Positions 50,953-59,608 of a stretch of 64,000 nucleotides of DNA are shown here, piece after piece. The translations under genes and the position numbers were made by a program. Position 1 is the first letter of the stretch; every line of letters starts with the position of its first letter. The stretch comes from an uncultured Clostridia bacterium (GTDB taxonomy: Bacteria; Bacillota; Clostridia; Christensenellales; CAG-314): assembly GCA_947625725.1 (NCBI GenBank), contig CANQPI010000001.1:22085-86084 (forward strand), written 5' to 3'. The notes beneath the pieces were generated by a model. The model made no database searches, was not told where the DNA came from, and saw nothing but the letters and a program-made list of their open reading frames with translations.

Positions 50953-53900
50953 ATGCAAAGTAACTTTGATTTTTACAAAAAACTTGAGAGCGTGGATATC
51001 TCCTTGTGTAATCCAGATGGCAAACGGTTGTGTATATTAGATGCACTAGACCGAAACCCAACTCTAAGGTTTAACGATATTTCAGAGATATCATTCAGCG
51101 TTCCGCTCCTTGAGGGCAAGGAAAAATACTATAGACTGGTAGAGTCTAAGCGACTGGTTTACGTCGATAATATAGGGTGGTTTCAAATCTCTTCCGCGAC
51201 CGAAAGTGTAAGAGGTGCTGCTCGCACAAAGCAGGTTACTGCCCAGTCATTGCAAGTGGTTTTCAAGAACAAGGGTTTCGTAAGAGAAGATAGGGTGTAC
51301 ATGTTCTACAATCCTAACGATCCCACAGATAGTGAATATCAAAGTTCCAATGTCGGCGCGATGCCCTCGGTTGTTGGACAACTATATCGGCAACTCGGCA
51401 TAAAACTTAGAGTGAGTAACGTCGACAGGGAAATCGTAGATGATTTCGGAGAATGGACTCTGGTTTATATTCCCAAACAATTAACATTTCAGTCGGCGGG
51501 CGGTGGAAACTTGATGTATACACCGCGCGACGGAGCAGTCAATATCTGTCGTAGTTTTACCGATAACGATACAACCTACGGCTATGACTTTATGGTCAAC
51601 GACGTGTCACCAGCCTTTGAAGTTGTCTTTGAGTTTGACTATTTGCATCACGCGATTAAAGTTAAAACGATAGATGAGATTGTCAAGCCAACAGATATTT
51701 ACTTGTCTTTCGAGAATCTACTCAAGGAGTTATCTCTCCAAGAAAAATCGGATGACATTGTAACAGTACTTTCATGCAACGGCAAGGATTTAGATATTCG
51801 CACCGTTAACCCAATGGGCACAAACTATCTTGTCAACTTTGATTATTACGCCAAGGAAGTTAGCGACGACGGCAAGATTGCATATCCGTGGATGTCCCGA
51901 GAACTTATAGAGGCATTAAAGCAGTGGAAGCAAGAGTGGGAGCAGTGGCAACGAGATGACCCTAGCCGCACAGGACACGCTGAATCATATCAAACTTTGG
52001 TAGGTAAACTACAGAAACGCTACCAAGAACTCTCAGAGATCGAGGCCCAGATCACGGCGGGCAATTTGTGGCTCACAGATTTATGTACGGCGCGAGATCA
52101 ATTTATTGATGACAAAGACAAGGACGACAAGGCAGGCGTCGATCTCGATGGCGGAGGCTACATAATGGCGGAAAAGGTGGAGGGCACCGACACCAGAAGT
52201 CTACTGTCGAACTCTCCATATGCGCAGGCACCCTTTAACGGAAGTTCTCGTGTTACAGGCTACAAAAGCGCCCCAACCGTATCAAAGGACGACGATGGTC
52301 GCTATGTGTTCACCTTTGGGGGAGAAAGCAAACAAGGCACCGCATCTGAGATGATAGATGCATATACAGATGACGAGACGGGCGACGACTCGGAACCAGC
52401 CACATACATGTATTTCGGAGACACCGACCCCGCTACAAGCTATTGCAAGATACTGGTAGCGGCAAGGGTGGAAGTGACGAAGGACTCCGATGGTGTAGCA
52501 ACAACGAGCGGAAGTGGTACTGTAACGTTTGATGACGTGGTATTTACAGTAACCTCTCAGGCGAGCACGTTCAAGGTGGGTTGTCCCGATGGGTCTACGA
52601 AGAACCTATCCACATCAAATTCATATTTTATCTACAATGGAATCCGCTATAAGGTTGCGAAAAGTGCGGATAACGTCATCTCTATTCATTGTTACTATGT
52701 CAACGGATTTGAGCGGTACAGCACATATCAGGCGGCGGCAGGTTATGAAGGTTTTGACGGATGGTGCACGCTATGGGAAAAACGCATTGCAAAGCTTAAC
52801 CGCGACAAAGCAGCAAAGCAGACGGAGATAGATACCATCAACGCTCTTTTAGAATACATCAGCGATAGGTGCGAGGTGCGCAAATTTATCTCGCGCCAAA
52901 ATGGAGGAGAGGCTCTTGTCAACGAGCTTGACCATTATTGGATTGAAGGTGACTATGAGAACGATACCCTTGCGGCTCTTGATGACACAACAATGAGCGA
53001 GACAATAGAACTTGCCGAGCAACTTATGAGCGCGGGGACAAAAGAGCTAGAGAAGGTGAGCAAGCCGACTTTTGAAATGTCGGTGGATGCAGTCAACTTT
53101 ATTCGCATACCTGAATTTGCCAAATTTACGCGGCAACTTGAGTTGGGAAGAACAATTACGATAGAAAAGGACGATGAAACACGCTACGAACCTGTGTTGA
53201 TGTCCGTGGAATACAGTTTAGATAATCCCGACACGTTTACTCTTACGTTCTCAACTGCGGGCACAAATTGCGAGGTTGCGAAAACTTTTGGCGATTTAAT
53301 AAAGGAGTCTTCTTCAACGAGCCGCAGTATTTCATCCAACTGGTCGATATTAACGGATTATTCGCGGAGCAAAGAAACTCTTACAACATTAGTGGCAAAA
53401 CCTTTGGAAAGGTCGCTGCGCGCCGTATATGATACAGTGGCAAATCAAGAATTTACAGTTGACGAAACGGGGATATTAGGTAGACGGCGCAACGAAGAAG
53501 GTTCGGAGGAGTTTCTGCCCGAGCAAGTGCGGCTTACCAATAATACAATAATATTTACTCGGAATAATTGGAAAAGCACAGCGACTGCCCTGGGTAAAAT
53601 AATACTTGCCGACGGTACATCGGCGTATGGTCTCGCGGCGGAAGTACTAATAGGAGATCTGATTTTCGGTAGTCAAGTTCATATCAAAAACGATGGTGGA
53701 AATATCACTTTGGATGAGAATGGAATTACCATCAAAGATAGCGATGGCAACGTACATTTTCAAGCCACTCCCGACGGCACTGTTAGTGTTTCGGGTTACG
53801 CAACTGACGCCGCTTTGAACGATGTCAAAACCACTTTCGAGGCAAGCGTCGAGGGTGTCAAAGCCGAGATTACGCAAGCGGTTTCAGATACATATGCGCC

Positions 53901-55428
53901 CAAAGAAGCAAGTTCGAAAACGTTTGGGTACAGTTTGACGGCCGATGGGTTCAAACTCTACGACCAAAGCGGGGAAGATGACCCGGTTTTATATGCCAAT
54001 AGCAACGGAATAGAAGTCCGCGGCAAAATAACATCAGATTCGGGACGAATTGGAGCGTTGTATGTAGAAGAGGTTGAGGGCACAAGAATAGACACCGAAC
54101 AACAAGAATTTTCTTGTATTGTTTCAACTACAATTCCAGCCGGTGCCATAGGAACACTTGATGATAGCAAACCTATGATTTATCAGTATACATACGGTGT
54201 CAGGGATGTTCGTTGGACGCTAGAAGACCTACTAGAGGCGGCGGGTCTTTCTATAGAAGGAGCAACCATTTGTGGGGTAGAGCTTGAAAATAATTCTAAG
54301 CTCCACGAGGGCATAACGTTGCAATCCATTTGTGGTACTTACATAGAGTTGGCTGGGTGGTTAGAAGGGAAGACCTCGACGCTACTTCTTGCTTATAGAT
54401 TGACTGCTACGTGCAAGGTCAAATATTATACCAAAACGACAAAAATAATACGATATCCTGTCGTTAGGACACCAGACAAAACTTTCAACATTTCTTCATA
54501 TGAGGAGCAAGGCTTCGTTGAGGCAAGCGATTTGCAAGTGGGAACAGCCCATGTTCATGAGATGGATTGCGCCAAAATAAACATCGGGGCTCTTTCAATA
54601 AGCGATGACAATGCAGATGATACAGTCATAGGCACGCGAGGGAGTGGCTTCTTTTTCGACGATTACGACGACGGTGCAACCGACCGCTATACTGCGCATT
54701 TAGAGTACTCAGGAAATACTATAATGCTGTTCGTTGATGGAGGGCTTAGTCCGCCGCAACGAGATTGCCGGTTTGGTATTGAATATAAAACAACGACCTC
54801 CGATCTTGTCAAAACAACTTCTTTGACTATTGTAGCGGGGCAAAGAAGTGCCTACATTACTATACCGCTCCTCGGCGAAATTACAATGGCGCAATTTCCC
54901 AACGGGAAAACTACGACCTCATTCCAAATGGAAGATGGAGCATGGGATGAGGCGGCGCCAGGAATTGGCTTGTTTGGCGGCGGCATATATCCGTCTCGTA
55001 ATGGTGAGAGCAATCTCGGAACGGAACAACGCAAATGGAAGATGATATTCGCAAAAGAGATATTCACCGACCAAGATAGCAACACTTCAAGCGACAGGAA
55101 CCTAAAAAAGAATATTTCTTGTTTGGACGAAAGACACGAACGCTTTTTTGATAATTTGGTTCCCGTTAAATACCAACTCAAGGATGACGATAGTGGCAAA
55201 TATCATCTTGGCTTAATCGCTCAGGATGTCAAGTGCGCGATGGATGAAGCCGGTTTAATTCCGCAAGATTATGCAATATATGCAGAATGGGTGAGGGGCA
55301 AGGGCAACATTTCTAGGTCTTTGAAGTATGGGGAATTTATACCATTGACCATTAGAGAGATACAGTTGCTAAAAAAACGCTTAATAGCTTTGGAAAATAG
55401 TTTGTCTACGACAAAGAATGAAAAATAA
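50953..55428 (+). CDS. tail-associated/central fibre protein (Tal) with C-terminal S74 intramolecular chaperone domain
   Basis: 1491 aa after Dit; C-terminal SSDRNLKKNI...HLGLIAQDV... matches the peptidase S74 autoprocessing chaperone pattern. Confidence 0.8.
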   Translation: MQSNFDFYKKLESVDISLCNPDGKRLCILDALDRNPTLRFNDISEISFSVPLLEGKEKYYRLVESKRLVYVDNIGWFQISSATESVRGAARTKQVTAQSLQVVFKNKGFVREDRVYMFYNPNDPTDSEYQSSNVGAMPSVVGQLYRQLGIKLRVSNVDREIVDDFGEWTLVYIPKQLTFQSAGGGNLMYTPRDGAVNICRSFTDNDTTYGYDFMVNDVSPAFEVVFEFDYLHHAIKVKTIDEIVKPTDIYLSFENLLKELSLQEKSDDIVTVLSCNGKDLDIRTVNPMGTNYLVNFDYYAKEVSDDGKIAYPWMSRELIEALKQWKQEWEQWQRDDPSRTGHAESYQTLVGKLQKRYQELSEIEAQITAGNLWLTDLCTARDQFIDDKDKDDKAGVDLDGGGYIMAEKVEGTDTRSLLSNSPYAQAPFNGSSRVTGYKSAPTVSKDDDGRYVFTFGGESKQGTASEMIDAYTDDETGDDSEPATYMYFGDTDPATSYCKILVAARVEVTKDSDGVATTSGSGTVTFDDVVFTVTSQASTFKVGCPDGSTKNLSTSNSYFIYNGIRYKVAKSADNVISIHCYYVNGFERYSTYQAAAGYEGFDGWCTLWEKRIAKLNRDKAAKQTEIDTINALLEYISDRCEVRKFISRQNGGEALVNELDHYWIEGDYENDTLAALDDTTMSETIELAEQLMSAGTKELEKVSKPTFEMSVDAVNFIRIPEFAKFTRQLELGRTITIEKDDETRYEPVLMSVEYSLDNPDTFTLTFSTAGTNCEVAKTFGDLIKESSSTSRSISSNWSILTDYSRSKETLTTLVAKPLERSLRAVYDTVANQEFTVDETGILGRRRNEEGSEEFLPEQVRLTNNTIIFTRNNWKSTATALGKIILADGTSAYGLAAEVLIGDLIFGSQVHIKNDGGNITLDENGITIKDSDGNVHFQATPDGTVSVSGYATDAALNDVKTTFEASVEGVKAEITQAVSDTYAPKEASSKTFGYSLTADGFKLYDQSGEDDPVLYANSNGIEVRGKITSDSGRIGALYVEEVEGTRIDTEQQEFSCIVSTTIPAGAIGTLDDSKPMIYQYTYGVRDVRWTLEDLLEAAGLSIEGATICGVELENNSKLHEGITLQSICGTYIELAGWLEGKTSTLLLAYRLTATCKVKYYTKTTKIIRYPVVRTPDKTFNISSYEEQGFVEASDLQVGTAHVHEMDCAKINIGALSISDDNADDTVIGTRGSGFFFDDYDDGATDRYTAHLEYSGNTIMLFVDGGLSPPQRDCRFGIEYKTTTSDLVKTTSLTIVAGQRSAYITIPLLGEITMAQFPNGKTTTSFQMEDGAWDEAAPGIGLFGGGIYPSRNGESNLGTEQRKWKMIFAKEIFTDQDSNTSSDRNLKKNISCLDERHERFFDNLVPVKYQLKDDDSGKYHLGLIAQDVKCAMDEAGLIPQDYAIYAEWVRGKGNISRSLKYGEFIPLTIREIQLLKKRLIALENSLSTTKNEK

Positions 55429-55897
55429 CTCGATCTGCCAGTCCACGATAGAGGAAAAAATTCCATTCCCACTCCAGAGTGCCGTCTTGTTGCACGGTGG
55501 CAGAACCATAAGTTGTATTGGCGTCAGTGCAATTTATGAATAGCGTTATCTTTGAGCCTGCCAAAACGGTGGATCTTGTGTAGCCTTTTGCCTGAATTTT
55601 ATATGCGTAAGGATAGAATGTGCCACTGAAGGGTTCATCGGGTTTTATCTCATTTTTTGAGCAAAGCGTTACTTTTATGCTTGAAATATGGATGGTGCGC
55701 CCACTTTCTAATTTGTAGTCAAACTCAAAGTTTGGATACACGGGCACTTCGTAACCAACTTCTTTATCGGCGAGGTAGTCGCCGTGAAGTTGTTCGGTCG
55801 TGCATTGGCAACCATTGTTGTCATTGCATCCCACAAGCAATACCCCTAATCCCAGCGTCAATACGGCGCACAAAATTACACAAACAAACTTTTTCAT
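55406..55897 (-). CDS. lipoprotein (reverse-strand moron)
   Basis: Start at M5 (GGAGG RBS). Signal peptide with lipobox LLVGC. Convergent 23-nt overlap with the Tal 3' end. Confidence 0.75.
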   Translation of the reverse strand: MKKFVCVILCAVLTLGLGVLLVGCNDNNGCQCTTEQLHGDYLADKEVGYEVPVYPNFEFDYKLESGRTIHISSIKVTLCSKNEIKPDEPFSGTFYPYAYKIQAKGYTRSTVLAGSKITLFINCTDANTTYGSATVQQDGTLEWEWNFFLYRGLADRVIFHSLS

Positions 55898-55924
55898 AAT
55901 TACCTCCATAGGTGATTTTTTAAT

Positions 55925-55953
55925 ATATTATCATTTTTGGGCGAAGATTGCAA
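55925..55953 (-). promoter_or_regulatory. promoter of the lipoprotein moron (TTGCAA-17-TAATAT) overlapped by an inverted repeat
   Basis: -35 at 55953-55948, -10 at 55930-55925. 9-bp inverted repeat TTGCAACAC (55948-55956) / GTGTTGCAA (55978-55986) covers the -35. Confidence 0.5.
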
Positions 55954-56055
55954 CACCCATTGCGAGAAATTGCAGACGTGTTGCAATTTTCATTCGCCTA
56001 TTCGCGGTGAACGCTTAATAGGCCATTCGAAAATAAGGAATAAAAGGAGATTACA

Positions 56056-56442
56056 ATGAAATTACACAATCTTATCGAAGCGAGAAACACGCTTGCAAAC
56101 CACGCCAACGAGCGGGTATCCGTCAAACTGGCGTATTGGATAATGAAATTCCTAAAGAAGTCGGAGCAAGAGGAAACCTTCTACTACGACAAATACAGAG
56201 AATTGCTCAATGAGTACGCAAAGCGAGATGAGAACGGGGAAATAATGCGCAAACCCGACGACCCGAATCAAATTCTTTTGATTCCCGAACGTGTCGACGA
56301 ATATCGCAATAAATTCACCGAATTGGAAAACACCGAAGTGGATGTTCCCAATATGCATTTCGCCCTTGATGACCTAAGCGAACTCAAATTATCTGCGCAG
56401 GAGGTTTACTCGCTTGACGAACTAATCGTTGAGGAGAAGTAA
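56056..56442 (+). CDS. hypothetical protein
   Basis: 128-aa ORF with AAGGAG RBS. Confidence 0.65.
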   Translation: MKLHNLIEARNTLANHANERVSVKLAYWIMKFLKKSEQEETFYYDKYRELLNEYAKRDENGEIMRKPDDPNQILLIPERVDEYRNKFTELENTEVDVPNMHFALDDLSELKLSAQEVYSLDELIVEEK

Positions 56443-57840
56443 ATGTCTATAGATTTGAAAGGTAAGGCAGTCAAACACTTGCTCTTGCCCACAGTGAGCT
56501 ACGAAAGTAGCACTATAAAAATAATCTCGGCGCAACAAGGTGACTCCCAGTCGCGCTATTTTAGCGTACAACTCTACGATGATGGCGGCACAATTGACGT
56601 AACAGGCTATTCTAATGTTACTCTCAATGCCACGCTGCCGGACGAAACCAAAGAGTTATACGCGGGCGAGATTGATTCCACGAGGAATCGGGCGATTTGT
56701 CCCCTCCCCTCTGACATCTTATGTCAAGAGGGCAGAGTGGCGTGTGATATTTGCTTTTGGACGGGTGAAAACGACGACAAGGTTGTTTTAACGAGTCAAA
56801 CGTTTTACGTTATGGTTCTACCCTCGCAAGCAAGTGAGGATGCAATCATTGCTCAGGATAAATCGGGGTTACTCGCCGATATCGTTGTTAATGAACAAAA
56901 TCGTATTGAAGCCGAAAATGCTCGTCAGGCAGCGGAACAGGAACGCGCCGATACTGAAAGCACTCGTAACTCTAACGAAGAAGCGCGCAAGTCTGACGAA
57001 TCCGATAGGGCTAATGCCGAAACACAAAGAGAGTCGGCAGAAACCAATCGCGAGGCTGCCGAAACGGGTAGATCGAAAGCCGAAGACACTCGTGTTGCCG
57101 CAGAGAACACCAGGGGCACCAATGAGGCTAGCCGCGAAACCGCCGAAGCCAGTCGTGTAAGCGCGGAAGAAAAGCGTGTTGCAGCCGAAAAGGGCAGAGT
57201 AGATGCTGAGTCAAAGCGTGATACAGCCGAGGCTGGCAGAGCGAGCGCCGAAACGGCTCGTGTCTCAGCAGAAAAGACCAGAGATAGCAACGAAACAACT
57301 CGCAAAAACAATGAATCTGCACGAGAGACAGCCGAGAGCAAACGAGCCACGGCAGAAAGCGATCGAGCGACGGCAGAGTCCGCGAGGGCTAGTGCCGAAC
57401 AGACACGAGTATCCGCTGAGAATACTCGCAAAAGCCAAGAAACTGCTCGCCAAAATGCAGAGATAGAGCGTTCCTCTGCGTTTGATACACTGAAATCCAA
57501 TGCGGAAACGGCGACGAAAAATGCAAACGACGCGGCAAAAGCGGCAAATGATGCAACAAAAACGGCAAACGACGCGGCGCAAGCGGCAAGCGATGTAACA
57601 ATAACTTCAGAGGTGATTGAGTATCAACTAACCGACACGGGAACTCTGCCCGAAACTGGATGGGCAACAAACATGCCATCTCCCGTTCAAGGCAAATATT
57701 TTTGGACGAAGGTAACAACTACCTACGGGAATAAAACAACTAAGGTTCGCGTTAGCGTTGCTTATTGCGGAACGGACGGGGAAACCCCCGTGTCCGCATC
57801 TATCAATGATAATGGCGAACTTGTCATTTCGTGGGAATAA
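56443..57840 (+). CDS. baseplate/fibre protein, BppU-like N-terminus plus long AE/R-rich repeat rod
   Basis: N-terminal Ig-like region (..SQSRYFSVQLYDDGG..) then about 200 aa of AExxRxxAExxR-type repeats. Confidence 0.55.
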   Translation: MSIDLKGKAVKHLLLPTVSYESSTIKIISAQQGDSQSRYFSVQLYDDGGTIDVTGYSNVTLNATLPDETKELYAGEIDSTRNRAICPLPSDILCQEGRVACDICFWTGENDDKVVLTSQTFYVMVLPSQASEDAIIAQDKSGLLADIVVNEQNRIEAENARQAAEQERADTESTRNSNEEARKSDESDRANAETQRESAETNREAAETGRSKAEDTRVAAENTRGTNEASRETAEASRVSAEEKRVAAEKGRVDAESKRDTAEAGRASAETARVSAEKTRDSNETTRKNNESARETAESKRATAESDRATAESARASAEQTRVSAENTRKSQETARQNAEIERSSAFDTLKSNAETATKNANDAAKAANDATKTANDAAQAASDVTITSEVIEYQLTDTGTLPETGWATNMPSPVQGKYFWTKVTTTYGNKTTKVRVSVAYCGTDGETPVSASINDNGELVISWE

Positions 57841-57849
57841 GGAGGGAAT

Positions 57850-58263
57850 ATGGTACTAGCAAAATGTTCTTTGAAGACTTTCGCCCCACATAACTCTCCA
57901 ACGGATTCGCAAGGGATAATGTTCCCACGCGGAGACGTGGTTGAAATATATTTTGAACTCGAAGGAATTGAGCGCGAACAGGTTAACAATCTGTATTTTT
58001 CGTGCGAAAAATTGGGACTATTTTACGAACTTCCTTATGAGGAGAGCAAGAATGCATATTACTTGCGGATAAATACCGAGGATTCGTGGAAATTGCTCCC
58101 CGCAATCGCCACATACGACATCACTCTCGAACTTGCAGACACAAATACATTAACTCTCATTGCGAGCGCCCCGTTTGTCGTTCTCAAAAAGCGCAATCCA
58201 ATATATGATGATGAGCCCGACGACGAGTCGGATAACGAGGTGCGAGATGAAGAAAAAGGTTGA
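57850..58263 (+). CDS. hypothetical tail protein
   Basis: 137-aa ORF with AAGGAGGG RBS. Confidence 0.6.
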   Translation: MVLAKCSLKTFAPHNSPTDSQGIMFPRGDVVEIYFELEGIEREQVNNLYFSCEKLGLFYELPYEESKNAYYLRINTEDSWKLLPAIATYDITLELADTNTLTLIASAPFVVLKKRNPIYDDEPDDESDNEVRDEEKG

Positions 58264-58597
58264 TGTTCGCCCGGCGCCAAGACCTAAAATCAAGTTGGGT
58301 GCCTCGGTTTCGTTATTGGCGAGCGATTACGAAAAACTGAAAAATCATCCCAAGATAAATGGTGTCGAACTCATTGGGAACGTGGGCGCAATAGACTTGA
58401 AGTTGTTGCCGCTTAATGCGGAGGAGTACGAGGAACAAAGTATCGGCGACGCTCGGCGTGATGGAGTGTATTTAGTGACCCTGAGTAATGATGGCGCCAA
58501 AAAAGTCAAACTTCCTGTCGAACTTGGTTTCAAGACCGTGGGGGAGATCGACCATGCTTCCGAGGTGGGAGCATATCAGTTTGTGGAGAAAAAATAA
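58247..58597 (+). CDS. hypothetical tail protein
   Basis: Start at M30 (overlaps the upstream 3' end). Confidence 0.5.
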   Translation: MKKKVDVRPAPRPKIKLGASVSLLASDYEKLKNHPKINGVELIGNVGAIDLKLLPLNAEEYEEQSIGDARRDGVYLVTLSNDGAKKVKLPVELGFKTVGEIDHASEVGAYQFVEKK

Positions 58598-58606
58598 GGA
58601 GCAAGT

Positions 58607-59593
58607 ATGGCAACAACAGAGAAGAATTATAAAATTATACAAAAACTTGGGGATGACGAGTTTCTCGTACTTCATCCCGAAACTACGGCGGAAAACGTTG
58701 TCGTAACAAAAGAAGACGGCTCAACGGAATCTGCCAAGCAATCCCTCGATACGCTCAGCACAGAGATTGAACAAATCAAACAAGGTGCCGTTACGGGCGT
58801 CAAAGGCGAAGCCGAAGAGGGAGATTTCAGACATGGCGACGTGACAATAACCAAGGGAAATATCGGACTTGGTAATGTAACAGATGATGCGCAGGTAAAA
58901 CGCTCCGAAATGGGCGAGGCTAACGGTGTCGCGACTCTTGACGGCACAGGAAAGGTTCCCGCCGCGCAATTGCCGGGTTTTGTAGATGATGTCGAGTCAT
59001 ATGTCAATAGAGCGGCTTTCCCCGAGACGGGCGAAGACGGCAAAATCTACATCGACAAGGAAACCAACAAGCAATATAGGTGGGACGGAGAGTCTGATTA
59101 TGTGGAGATTTCTTCCTCGCTTGCACTTGGCGAAACCGAGTCAACTGCCTATTCTGGTGCGAAAGGCAAAAAGAATAGAGAAGATATCGACGCGCTCAAA
59201 ACGCAAGTATCGGCTATCGAGGAGAAAAACACAGTGCAAGATACGAGCATCCAAAAGAACACGGATGACATCGCAGCTATTAAAGATGGCACAACGCCAG
59301 CGGCTAAGGCTAAAACCGCCGAGAACGCCGACAAACTAACGACCCCGCGCAACATTTCCGTTAGCGGCGATGCGACGGGTGGTAATTCGTTCGATGGCTC
59401 GCTTGACGTTGACATAGAAGTGGAACTTTCGCCAACGGGAGTTGAAGCAGGAAGTTATTCCGCGGTAACAGTTGACACAAAAGGAAGGGTAACGGCTGGC
59501 GCCATGGTAATAGAAGTTGGTCAGGCAGGACAGGAAACTCCAAGCGCAAACCTCGCGGTTGGCGGGCTATTCTTCAAAGCGCTGGAAGCGTAA
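58607..59593 (+). CDS. tail fibre protein
   Basis: 328 aa; shares the VTGVKG..NIGLGNVT.DAQVKRSEMG..GVATL..GKVP.AQLP..VDDV module with the next gene. Confidence 0.7.
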   Translation: MATTEKNYKIIQKLGDDEFLVLHPETTAENVVVTKEDGSTESAKQSLDTLSTEIEQIKQGAVTGVKGEAEEGDFRHGDVTITKGNIGLGNVTDDAQVKRSEMGEANGVATLDGTGKVPAAQLPGFVDDVESYVNRAAFPETGEDGKIYIDKETNKQYRWDGESDYVEISSSLALGETESTAYSGAKGKKNREDIDALKTQVSAIEEKNTVQDTSIQKNTDDIAAIKDGTTPAAKAKTAENADKLTTPRNISVSGDATGGNSFDGSLDVDIEVELSPTGVEAGSYSAVTVDTKGRVTAGAMVIEVGQAGQETPSANLAVGGLFFKALEA

Positions 59594-59608
59594 AGAGAGG
59601 GTGCAACT

